32,000 nucleotides of DNA. It comes from Candidatus Arthromitus sp. SFB-mouse-Japan (GTDB lineage: Bacteria > Bacillota > Clostridia > Clostridiales > Clostridiaceae). Positions 17,285-25,308 of the stretch are shown here, piece by piece. Position numbers and translations under genes: made by a program. The notes under the pieces were generated by a model. It was not told where the DNA came from. It did no database searches and worked only from the letters and a program-made list of their open reading frames with translations. The stretch lies in NCBI RefSeq assembly GCF_000270205.1, contig NC_015913.1, positions 390,001-422,000 on the forward strand. Reading direction: 5' to 3'. Within the stretch, counting starts at the first letter, position 1. Every line of letters starts with the position of its first letter.

Positions 17285-19051
17285 ATGAGAAAATCTAATA
17301 AATTAATGCAAGCAGTTATGGCCGGTATTTTATTATTTACATTTAGTGGATGTGCGACTAATAGTGTTAGTTCAGCCACTAATTCATCTCAAAATGTATC
17401 AAGTGAAAATACTAATGGTTCTTCAACAAATTCGACGCCAACAAATCCAAGTACAGCTTCAGGTGTAACAACACTTACTCAATCTGTGATAAGTAAGGAA
17501 CTTAAGTCTAAAGATTATGAAATTGATTATGATGAGAATTCTTCTACTAAAATTAATTTATTAAATGATCAGATAAATTTTAGTGGTGATGGAGTTTTGG
17601 TTAAAGATAAAACTGTTACTATTAATAAAGCTGGTACTTATATTATAGATGGAAATTTGGAGAATGGTCAGATAATTGTTGATGTTGATAAAACAGAGGA
17701 TGTTAGAATTGTTTTAAATGGTGTTAATATCCATAATGAATCTAGTACAGCTATTTATGTTAAGAGTGCAGATAAGCTTGTTATGACTTTGAAAGAGGGA
17801 ACTATAAATACATTGAGTGGTGGAGATAATTACATAAATATAGATGATAATAATATTGATGGGGTTATATTCAGTAAAGATGATTTAACTATAAATGGTA
17901 ATGGTCAACTTAATCTGACTTCTAATTATAAGCATGCTATAGTATCTAAAAATGATTTAAATATTGTTTCTGGTATATTTAACATAGTATCTGCAGATCA
18001 AGGTCTTTCTGGTAAAGATTCTGTGAGAATCTACGGAGGAGTGTTTAATATAAAATCAAATGGTCAAGGAATTAGGAGTAAAAATGAGGAAGAGCTAGAG
18101 AAGGGGAATATTTATATTGCTGGAGGTAATTTTGAAATTGAAAGTGTGCAGGATGCTATGAATGCAACAGGAAGTGTTGTTATAGATGATGGTGTTTTCA
18201 ATATTAAAACAGATGATGATGGAATACATGCAGACGTTGAAGCTGTAATTAATTCAGGAGACATAAATATTTTGGAATCTTATGAAGGTATTGAAGGATA
18301 TAGGGTAATTATAAATGGAGGGAATATTAATATTTCATCAAGTGATGATGGTATTAATGCATCTAATCCTAATGTAACGAGTAATGAACCAGCAGGTGGG
18401 CGTAATTTGCCACAAGGAAATAATAGTACTGATGTAACCAATACTTTAAATAATAATCCTGCACCCCCAAATGATGGAATGATGAGAAATGGAGGAGGGA
18501 GAGGACCAATGATGGCTGATGAGAATGTTTATATAACAATTAATGATGGTAATATAGTTATAGATGCTCAAGGAGATGGTATTGATTCAAATGGTAATAT
18601 AACAATTAATAATGGTAATATTTTGGTATCATCTAAATCAGATAATGGAGAGAATGCACTTGATTATGATGGCAATATTACGATAAATGGTGGAATTTTG
18701 ATTGGTGTTGGGGGGTCTCCTATGCATCAAAATTTAAATGAGAATTCCAGTCAACCAAGTATATCTTATAATGTATCGAATGGTAATGGGAATGATGTGG
18801 AACTTAAGGATTCGAATTCCAATGTTATAGTTTCTTGGAAGGCTCCAAAAACATATAATTCTATATTTATAACTCATCCAAGTTTAAAATTAAATGAAAA
18901 ATATACTTTGGTATCAGGTACAGAGAGTATAGACATTACGATTGATAATCTTCTTACAACAAATATAACACGAGGAAGTGGCGGACGAGGACAAAGACCA
19001 CCGCGTTCAGAAGAATTTCAACCATCAATGGAACCGACTAATGTACAATAA
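17285..19051 (+). CDS. Secreted lipoprotein with a Cthe_2159-like carbohydrate-binding beta-helix domain
   Basis: ATG 17285, signal peptide with lipobox FSGC, an S/T/N-rich linker, then repeated beta-helix rungs (VRIVLNGVNIHNESSTAIYV, LTINGNGQLNLTS, GIHAD, GINAS, GIDSNGNITINNGNILV). Confidence 0.7.
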   Translation: MRKSNKLMQAVMAGILLFTFSGCATNSVSSATNSSQNVSSENTNGSSTNSTPTNPSTASGVTTLTQSVISKELKSKDYEIDYDENSSTKINLLNDQINFSGDGVLVKDKTVTINKAGTYIIDGNLENGQIIVDVDKTEDVRIVLNGVNIHNESSTAIYVKSADKLVMTLKEGTINTLSGGDNYINIDDNNIDGVIFSKDDLTINGNGQLNLTSNYKHAIVSKNDLNIVSGIFNIVSADQGLSGKDSVRIYGGVFNIKSNGQGIRSKNEEELEKGNIYIAGGNFEIESVQDAMNATGSVVIDDGVFNIKTDDDGIHADVEAVINSGDINILESYEGIEGYRVIINGGNINISSSDDGINASNPNVTSNEPAGGRNLPQGNNSTDVTNTLNNNPAPPNDGMMRNGGGRGPMMADENVYITINDGNIVIDAQGDGIDSNGNITINNGNILVSSKSDNGENALDYDGNITINGGILIGVGGSPMHQNLNENSSQPSISYNVSNGNGNDVELKDSNSNVIVSWKAPKTYNSIFITHPSLKLNEKYTLVSGTESIDITIDNLLTTNITRGSGGRGQRPPRSEEFQPSMEPTNVQ

Positions 19052-19090
19052 AAGAGAGTAAGAATTTTTCTTACTCTCTTTTATTTTTTA
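19051..19090. terminator. Bidirectional terminator between convergent genes
   Basis: Perfect 13-bp stem aaagagagtaaga / tcttactctcttt with a 5-nt loop, flanked by A- and T-runs. It overlaps both stop codons. Confidence 0.85.
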
Positions 19091-21666
19091 TGGGTAAAAG
19101 CTTTTAATAATTCGCTTATTATAAATGGTATTAAAGATAAGATTATTGATATAATCCAATCATTTGTGCTTAGATTTTGAGTGTTGAAGAATGAATTAAA
19201 TGATGGGATTTTTATTAAAATTATCTGTATAATTACCCCAAGTAATATTGAGTAAATGAGTTTCATATTTGAAAATAATCCTATCTTAAATAAATATTCT
19301 TTTTCAGAGCGTATGCTTAAAGATAGAAATAATTGAGAAAATGATAAAACTATGAATGCCATACTTTGGGCATATATGAGATTTACTTTTTTATATCTAG
19401 TTAAGAAGGATGTTATACTTACAATTCCAATTATGAATCCATTTAAGATTAGTTTAATTATATTTGATTTTGAAATCAAATTTTTGTTACCTTTTCTGGG
19501 TTTATTATTCATTATATTTTTGTCGTAAGTATCAACGCCAAGGCTAAGAGCAGGTAGAGAATCTGTTATTAGATTTATCCATAATAAATGTATAGGACTT
19601 AATGGTACTGGAAATTTAAATAAAATTGATATAAAAATTGTTAATATTTCTCCAAGATTACATGTTAATAGAAATATTATAGATTTTTTTATGTTGTTAA
19701 ATATGTTTCTTCCTTCTTCAACTGCTGTAATTATAGTTTTAAAATTATCATCTGTAAGTATAATATCCGATGCGTTTTTACAAACATCCGTTCCAGTTAT
19801 ACCCATAGCGATACCAACATCGGCCATTTTAAGTGAAGGTGCATCATTTACTCCATCTCCAGTCATAGATACTATATTTCCAACTGATTTTAGAGCCCTA
19901 ACGATCTTAACTTTATGTTCTGGAGAAACCCGCGCAAATATAGTTACGTTTTTAATTTTATTATTTAATTCATCATCTGTTAGTTTATCTATTTCAGATC
20001 CAAGCATAGTCTCACTAATATCATTGGCTATATTAAGTTCTTTGCCAATGGCAAAAGCTGTATTTTTATGATCACCGGTAATCATAATTGTTTTTATTCC
20101 TGATCTTTTTGCAATTTCTATGGATTGTTTGACCTCTTTTCTAGGAGGATCGATCATTCCAACCATTCCAAGGAATATTAGGTTATTTTCATAATTATCT
20201 TTAGTTAAATTTATAATTTCTTTGTATGCAAATGCAAGGGTTCTTAATGCACTATTTGCCATTTCTTCGGCTGTATTTAGTATGTTGTTTCTTATATCAT
20301 CAGTTAATTCTACGATTTCACCTTTTATGGAAATTTTATCACATAGATTAAGAAGATTATCGAGTGCCCCTTTTGTAAATGAGTAGAAAATATCATGAAT
20401 ATTGTTTACTGTAGTCATTAATTTTCTATCGGAGTCAAATGGTATCTCTCGTATTCTTTTGAAGGTATCATTTTCTATATTTTTGCCAGCGAATTTAAGA
20501 AGTGCAATTTCTGTAGGATCACCTACCTCTTCATCGTTAGAGTAACTTGCATCATTACATAGAGTCATACTTCTTATAAATAATTTTTTGGTGTTATCAT
20601 CATTTTTAAACTCTCGAGCGTCAAACTTTGAATTATTTATGAAATATTCTATAACTGTCATTTTATTTACGGTAAGTGTTCCAGTTTTATCTGAACAAAT
20701 AATATTGACAGATCCTAAGGTTTCAACAGATGAGAGCTTTCTTATGATTGCATTTTTTTTGATCATCTTTTGTACTCCAAGAGCTAAAACTATAGCAACA
20801 ATAGTAGAAAGACCTTCGGGTATGGCAGCTACAGCTAAAGATATTGCGATGAAGAATATATCAAATAATTTATTACCTTGTATAAGCCCAACAATCATAA
20901 TGATAATACATATTATAATTGTAAGAATTCCAATATTTTTCCCAAGGATATTTAATTTTTTTTGGAGGGGTGTAAGTTCATTTTTTGAGTTATTTAGAAA
21001 AGAGGCTATTTTACCTATCTCTGTGTTCATTCCTGTTGAAACTACAATTCCTTCTCCCCGTCCATATGTAACTATAGTTGACATATATCCTATATTTTTT
21101 CTATCTGCTATTGGGATAGATTCATTATTTGAGATTATATTAGTGTTTTTTTCTGTTGGAAGAGATTCGCCAGTTAGGGCAGATTCATCAACTTTAAGAT
21201 TCACACATTCAAAGAATCTAATATCAGCAGGTATTATTCTGCCAGCATCAAGTATAATAATGTCTCCAACCACTAAATCTTTTGAACTTATTTCAATAAT
21301 TTTATTATCACGTTTAACAATAGCTTTTGGAGATGATAGATTTTTTAATGCTTCAAGGGACTTTTCAGCTTTATTTTCTTGGATGATTCCTATAGTTGCG
21401 TTTAAGATAATAACAATGAATATTATTATACTTTCTTCAGGCTCTCCGAGGAAAAATGATATTATACCAGTTAGTATTAAAATGTAGACTAAAATGTTAT
21501 TTATTTGATCAAATATAAGTTTGATTAGGCTCCTCTTTGACCCTTCAGTTAATTCGTTTTTACCATTTTCATTTAAAAGTTTAGAGGCACAGGAGTTAGA
21601 TAGGCCTGTTTTTATATTTGTATTTAGGGTTTTTGATATATCTTCAATTGATTTTGAGTGCCACAT
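19081..21666 (-). CDS. Cation-translocating P-type ATPase, type IIA (Ca2+-ATPase-like)
   Basis: TGES, IPEGL (TM4), phosphorylation site ICSDKTGTLT, MITGDH, TGDGVNDAPSL, and WINLITDSLPALSLG (TM6) typical of Ca2+ pumps. Confidence 0.9.
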   Translation of the reverse strand: MWHSKSIEDISKTLNTNIKTGLSNSCASKLLNENGKNELTEGSKRSLIKLIFDQINNILVYILILTGIISFFLGEPEESIIIFIVIILNATIGIIQENKAEKSLEALKNLSSPKAIVKRDNKIIEISSKDLVVGDIIILDAGRIIPADIRFFECVNLKVDESALTGESLPTEKNTNIISNNESIPIADRKNIGYMSTIVTYGRGEGIVVSTGMNTEIGKIASFLNNSKNELTPLQKKLNILGKNIGILTIIICIIIMIVGLIQGNKLFDIFFIAISLAVAAIPEGLSTIVAIVLALGVQKMIKKNAIIRKLSSVETLGSVNIICSDKTGTLTVNKMTVIEYFINNSKFDAREFKNDDNTKKLFIRSMTLCNDASYSNDEEVGDPTEIALLKFAGKNIENDTFKRIREIPFDSDRKLMTTVNNIHDIFYSFTKGALDNLLNLCDKISIKGEIVELTDDIRNNILNTAEEMANSALRTLAFAYKEIINLTKDNYENNLIFLGMVGMIDPPRKEVKQSIEIAKRSGIKTIMITGDHKNTAFAIGKELNIANDISETMLGSEIDKLTDDELNNKIKNVTIFARVSPEHKVKIVRALKSVGNIVSMTGDGVNDAPSLKMADVGIAMGITGTDVCKNASDIILTDDNFKTIITAVEEGRNIFNNIKKSIIFLLTCNLGEILTIFISILFKFPVPLSPIHLLWINLITDSLPALSLGVDTYDKNIMNNKPRKGNKNLISKSNIIKLILNGFIIGIVSITSFLTRYKKVNLIYAQSMAFIVLSFSQLFLSLSIRSEKEYLFKIGLFSNMKLIYSILLGVIIQIILIKIPSFNSFFNTQNLSTNDWIISIILSLIPFIISELLKAFTHKK

Positions 21667-21808
21667 TATTTTAACCTCCGTTTGGTATTTAGAATATTAT
21701 TATTTTATTTTGTACAAAAATTATTAGTTTATAAAAAATAATTTAAATATAAATTAAAAAAAGGATAATCATAATAAACGAGTTTAATTATTGTGAGGTA
21801 ATAGTTTT

Positions 21809-22243
21809 ATGAGGATATCTGGATTAAAATCTAAAGATAATAAAAATAATATAGTGAGCAATATTAAGGTAAATAGAAATAAGGTTGATAATTTAAACAG
21901 TGAAATAGATAATAAGTTTTCAGATAAGTCTAAAAAAGAGTTAAAGGAACTTTTAGACTCTATAAAAAAGAAGGGGAATAAGGTGGTTGCAACTAAGGAA
22001 TACAATGATGTTATCGAATACAAAAGATTGGTTAAGCAGTATTTAAATAAAGTACTTGATGATATATATTCTTTAAATAAGTTTTCAGATGCATTTAATT
22101 CGAGATATTATTTAACAGTTGATATCATAGATCAAAAACTTAAGGATCTAACTAATCAAGTTATAGGTGAAGAGAAGGATAATTTATATATAGTTACAAC
22201 TATTGATGAAATTCAAGGACTTATATTGGATGTTTATAAATAA
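21809..22243 (+). CDS. yaaR: YaaR/DUF327 family protein
   Basis: 144 aa with the pattern KELKELLDSIKKKG...YKRLVKQYLNKVL...YYLTVDIIDQKLKDLT...IDEIQGLILDVY characteristic of DUF327. Confidence 0.6.
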   Translation: MRISGLKSKDNKNNIVSNIKVNRNKVDNLNSEIDNKFSDKSKKELKELLDSIKKKGNKVVATKEYNDVIEYKRLVKQYLNKVLDDIYSLNKFSDAFNSRYYLTVDIIDQKLKDLTNQVIGEEKDNLYIVTTIDEIQGLILDVYK

Positions 22244-22256
22244 TCTCTAAATTAAT

Positions 22257-22605
22257 TTGTATAAGGAAAAGTTTTTTGATAAAATTTCGACATCAAACAT
22301 TTCGGAGAGAGTTAGCGGTAGTAAGGATATAGATGGTATTTATAGCATTGTAGATGATTATGTTGACCTGGGGAAAACTATAATTGATAAATCTAAAGGA
22401 TTACTAGAAGATAAGAAAAAAGCTTTTGATATTATTAATGGTTTGGATGATAATATGCATAGAATAGTCTTAATTGAGCGTTATTTCAATTCTGAGCCTT
22501 GGAAATCTATAGATATACATATTAGTTCGAAGTGAAAAAAGAACCCGTTAGATCCACGATAAAGCGATTAAATTGTGTGAGATAGGACTTAAGAAAAAAG
22601 TTTAA
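22257..22605 (+). pseudogene. Phage late-gene activator-like gene (RinA/ArpU/DUF1492-type sigma-like HTH), disrupted
   Basis: ..MHRIVLIERYFNSEPWKSIDIHISSK* stops at 22533-22535 next to an A6 run. The +1 frame continues EKRTR*IHDKAIKLCEIGLKKKV*, which completes the usual 'iS.RTvyRIHkkAlkkL' helix but contains a TAG at 22549-22551. Confidence 0.55.
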
Positions 22606-22691
22606 TGCATTGAATGTAAATGAAATATTTATTATGTCATATATGCTATTATATAAAGTGTAAAGAGATTGAAATTAAAGAAGTTAAAGAT

Positions 22692-22952
22692 ATGCCCGAG
22701 ATATGTAGGTTTAGAGGAATTATAATATCTATAAATTGGAATGATCATAATCCACCACATTTTCGTGCTACGTACAGTGATTATGAAGTTAGTGTTGATA
22801 TTCTAAACTTAGAAGTTAGAGATGGAAAATTTCCAAATTTACAACTAAAAATGCTTTTGGGTTGGGCGGCATTTCATCAGATAGAATTACTCGAAAACTG
22901 GGAATTAGCTAGAGAAAATAAAACATTATTTAAAATAGAGCCTTTGAGATAG
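22692..22952 (+). CDS. DUF4160 domain protein (copy 1)
   Basis: MPEICRFRGIIISINWNDHNPPHFRATYSDYEVSV... It is 86 aa, the same length as copy 2 and roughly half identical to it. The upstream 24 aa of the track ORF are probably spurious. Confidence 0.8.
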   Translation: MPEICRFRGIIISINWNDHNPPHFRATYSDYEVSVDILNLEVRDGKFPNLQLKMLLGWAAFHQIELLENWELARENKTLFKIEPLR

Positions 22953-22982
22953 AGGCTATATATATAGAGAGGAGGTTTTATT

Positions 22983-23276
22983 TTGAGTAAAGATGTGCAC
23001 TATTATATGTCTAAAGGTATGGAAAGAAAAGTGGCTGAATATTTTGCTTCAGGAATTAAAAAGATAATTTCTGTGAATCCGAATAAGGATTATACTTTGA
23101 CTCTTAGTTATGATGATGGATCGATTAGATTATATGATTGCAAGCCTTTTTTATTGAAGGACACTGTTTTTGAACCTTTTATGGAGTGGGATAATTTCAG
23201 AAGGGTTTATTTTTCATCGAATGGGCGTAAATTTTGTTGGGATGTAGACCCTGAAGTTGATAGTAATGAAGTATAG
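22983..23276 (+). CDS. DUF2442 domain protein (copy 1, ends at an in-frame TAG that truncates the conserved C-terminus)
   Basis: ..ISVNPNKDYTLTLSYDDGSIRLYDCKPFL..VFEPF.. After TAG 23274-23276 the same frame reads DNVVDLCADAVYIDSIPYEGGSNG* (to 23351), which aligns with CIDIDPLVLFEAPIVEDP of copy 2. Confidence 0.7.
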   Translation: MSKDVHYYMSKGMERKVAEYFASGIKKIISVNPNKDYTLTLSYDDGSIRLYDCKPFLLKDTVFEPFMEWDNFRRVYFSSNGRKFCWDVDPEVDSNEV

Positions 23277-23343
23277 GATAATGTGGTTGATCTTTGTGCT
23301 GATGCGGTATATATAGATAGTATACCTTATGAAGGTGGGAGTA

Positions 23344-23540
23344 ATGGATGAACTTATTGATTGCTTGATTGCACATAGAAAGGCAAGGAGGTGGAGTCAG
23401 AGAGACCTTGCGGATGTTTTGTCGATGCCGCTGTCAGTTATAGCTCGGTTTGAAACTAAGAAGGTTGTTCCTGACTCAATATGATTTTAAAAGTTGCTGA
23501 AGCTTTGGACTGTGAGCTCGAGATAAAACCTAAGGAATAA
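23344..23540 (+). pseudogene. XRE-family HTH gene, frameshifted
   Basis: MDELIDCLIAHRKARRWSQRDLADVLSMPLSVIARFETKKVVPDSI* (stop 23482-23484). A second frame from 23481 reads MILKVAEALDCELEIKPKE*, which is the missing last helix of a Cro/C1-type HTH. Confidence 0.65.
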
Positions 23541-23634
23541 GTTTGATATAAAGGTGGGAGTCTTGTCATATTGAGGGCAGGTTTAATTCAAAGGCATAAG
23601 GAATTTAGTACAATTTTACAATATTTTTAATCCG

Positions 23635-23663
23635 TTGACTTTATTAATATTATAAATTATATA
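23635..23663 (+). promoter_or_regulatory. Candidate sigma-A promoter
   Basis: TTGACT (23635-23640), 17-nt spacer, TATATA (23658-23663). -10-like hexamers are common in AT-rich DNA, so this is tentative. Confidence 0.35.
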
Positions 23664-23698
23664 GATTAAAAAGGTATGAAAAATAAAAAAAGTTTATG

Positions 23699-23733
23699 AA
23701 GTGGTATTGCTATTAAGCAAGTACCACTTTTTG
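23699..23733 (+). terminator. Rho-independent terminator upstream of terS
   Basis: aagtggtattgc / gcaa(g)taccactt stem (12 bp, one bulge), 6-nt loop, TTTTT tail. Confidence 0.7.
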
Positions 23734-23865
23734 TATTTAAGTGAATAAAGAAGGAATGTGATTTTAGTAAAGATATTAAAAAAGTTCCGTAAATTTCCCA
23801 TCATTTCCATCTTGCGTTGTGAGATAATTAGAATGTGAAAATTTGTGATAACGAGGAGGTGAGGT

Positions 23866-24288
23866 ATGACTAAGAAGCAAGAAAGATTTATAATTGAATA
23901 TCTAATTGATTTGAATGCAACTCAAGCGGCAATTAGATCAGGATATAGTAAAAAGACTGCGTACTCGATTGGGAGTGAGCTGCTGAGCAAACCTGAGATA
24001 AAATCACGCATTGCGGGGTATATGCAAGAAATGAAGAGTGCTAGAGTAGCAGAACTTGAAGAAGTACTTGAGTATCTCACGTCTGTTATGCGAGGAGAAT
24101 CTAGAGCTTGTGTAGTTGCTGTTGAGGGTACTGGTGATGGATGCTCATCTGCCAATATAATTAGTAAACCTCCAGATGAGAGAGAAAGATTGAAAGCTGC
24201 TGAGTTACTTGGTAGGAGATATGGGATGTTTAATGATAAACTTAAGGTTGATAGTGTTATACCTGTTGTTATAAAGGAGGACTTATGA
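23866..24288 (+). CDS. terS: Terminase small subunit (Terminase_2 family)
   Basis: KKQERFIIEYLIDLNATQAAIRSGYSKKTAYSIGSELLSKPEIKSRI is the canonical Terminase_2 N-terminal HTH. A strong RBS gaggaggtg precedes it. Confidence 0.9.
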   Translation: MTKKQERFIIEYLIDLNATQAAIRSGYSKKTAYSIGSELLSKPEIKSRIAGYMQEMKSARVAELEEVLEYLTSVMRGESRACVVAVEGTGDGCSSANIISKPPDERERLKAAELLGRRYGMFNDKLKVDSVIPVVIKEDL

Positions 24289-24716
24289 GGACTTTTGCAA
24301 GTGGAGCTATAAGAGATGACAATGATTGTAAGGGTAGATGCGATTTGCTACCCCTTGATATTGTGATTAATGTAAAAGAGGATAAGCCTTTAAATTTAAT
24401 ACATAATTTTAAAGTATCGGGAGAAGTAGAGCATCTTATTGATTTATTAAAATTAGAGATGAATGAAGATATATATAATGTTTTGTTGGATGTTAGTCAT
24501 AGGTTTGGCTTAGGTGCAATTAAATATGGAGACCATAATTGGCAAAAAGGTATACCAGCTAATGTGTATATTGATAGTGGTACTAGGCATTATCTTAAGT
24601 ACATGAGGGGTGATGATGATGAAGATCATCGTGCTGCGTATATCTGGAATATTATGTGTTGTATTTGGACATGCGAGCATTTACCTGAATTGAATATATA
24701 TGGTATACTCGTGTGA
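24285..24716 (+). CDS. Phage protein with a dATP/dGTP diphosphohydrolase N-terminal-like (DUF5664-like) domain
   Basis: ATGA overlap with terS. FASGAIRDDNDCKGRCDLLP...GAIKYGDHNWQKGIP...GTRHYLKYMRGDDDEDHRAAYIWNIM matches my recollection of that domain's GA.R..KgR.DL.P / KYG..NW..G.P / RH / eDH.aA..WN pattern. Confidence 0.5.
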   Translation: MRTFASGAIRDDNDCKGRCDLLPLDIVINVKEDKPLNLIHNFKVSGEVEHLIDLLKLEMNEDIYNVLLDVSHRFGLGAIKYGDHNWQKGIPANVYIDSGTRHYLKYMRGDDDEDHRAAYIWNIMCCIWTCEHLPELNIYGILV

Positions 24717-24731
24717 GAAGGAGTTGATTTA

Positions 24732-24992
24732 ATGCCGGAGATATCTTTGTTTTATGGTATAAGAATAACAATGAACTGGAATGAACATAATCCACCACAT
24801 TTCCATGTTGAGTATGCTGGCTATAAAGCGTCCGTATTAATACAAAATGGGGTTATAGATAAAGGATATATACCTAATAGGCAACTAAAACTTGTGCTTG
24901 CTTGGTGTGAGATACATAGAGATGAGCTAATGCAAAATTGGGAGTTGGCTAGACAGGATAAACCTCTTAATCGTATAAATCCACTTATTTAG
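24732..24992 (+). CDS. DUF4160 domain protein (copy 2)
   Basis: MPEISLFYGIRITMNWNEHNPPHFHVEYAGYKASV... preceded by an RBS gaaggag. Confidence 0.85.
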   Translation: MPEISLFYGIRITMNWNEHNPPHFHVEYAGYKASVLIQNGVIDKGYIPNRQLKLVLAWCEIHRDELMQNWELARQDKPLNRINPLI

Positions 24993-25005
24993 GAGGTGCG
25001 TAGCT

Positions 25006-25308
25006 GTGCAAGATTTAGATTTTACATATTTTTATCCAAAAGTGTGCCAGGTATTTCCCAATGAGTCTTACGGGTTGTATGTTTACTTCAACGATGGATC
25101 TGTTAGATTTTATGATGTTAGGCATTTGTTAAACAAAGATACAGTTTTTGAGCCTTTGCAGGATATCAATGTATTTAAATCTACGTTGACTATACTTAAT
25201 GATACAGTTGCATGGGATTTAAAGGGCAATAGGGATGAGAGAGATTGTATAGACATTGACCCGTTAGTGCTTTTTGAGGCTCCTATAGTGGAGGATCCTT
25301 TAATTTGA
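25006..25308 (+). CDS. DUF2442 domain protein (copy 2, intact)
   Basis: ..VCQVFPNESYGLYVYFNDGSVRFYDVRHLL..VFEPL..VAWD...IDIDPLVLFE. Its stop overlaps the terL TTG start (TTGA). Confidence 0.8.
   Translation: MQDLDFTYFYPKVCQVFPNESYGLYVYFNDGSVRFYDVRHLLNKDTVFEPLQDINVFKSTLTILNDTVAWDLKGNRDERDCIDIDPLVLFEAPIVEDPLI

Noticed and set aside
19691-21487. Long plus-strand ORFs (126 aa and 299 aa) inside the P-type ATPase gene
   Set aside because: They lie antisense to a gene with unambiguous P-type ATPase motifs. They have low-complexity S/I/F/P-rich translations, no SD and no recognisable motifs. These are typical shadow ORFs.
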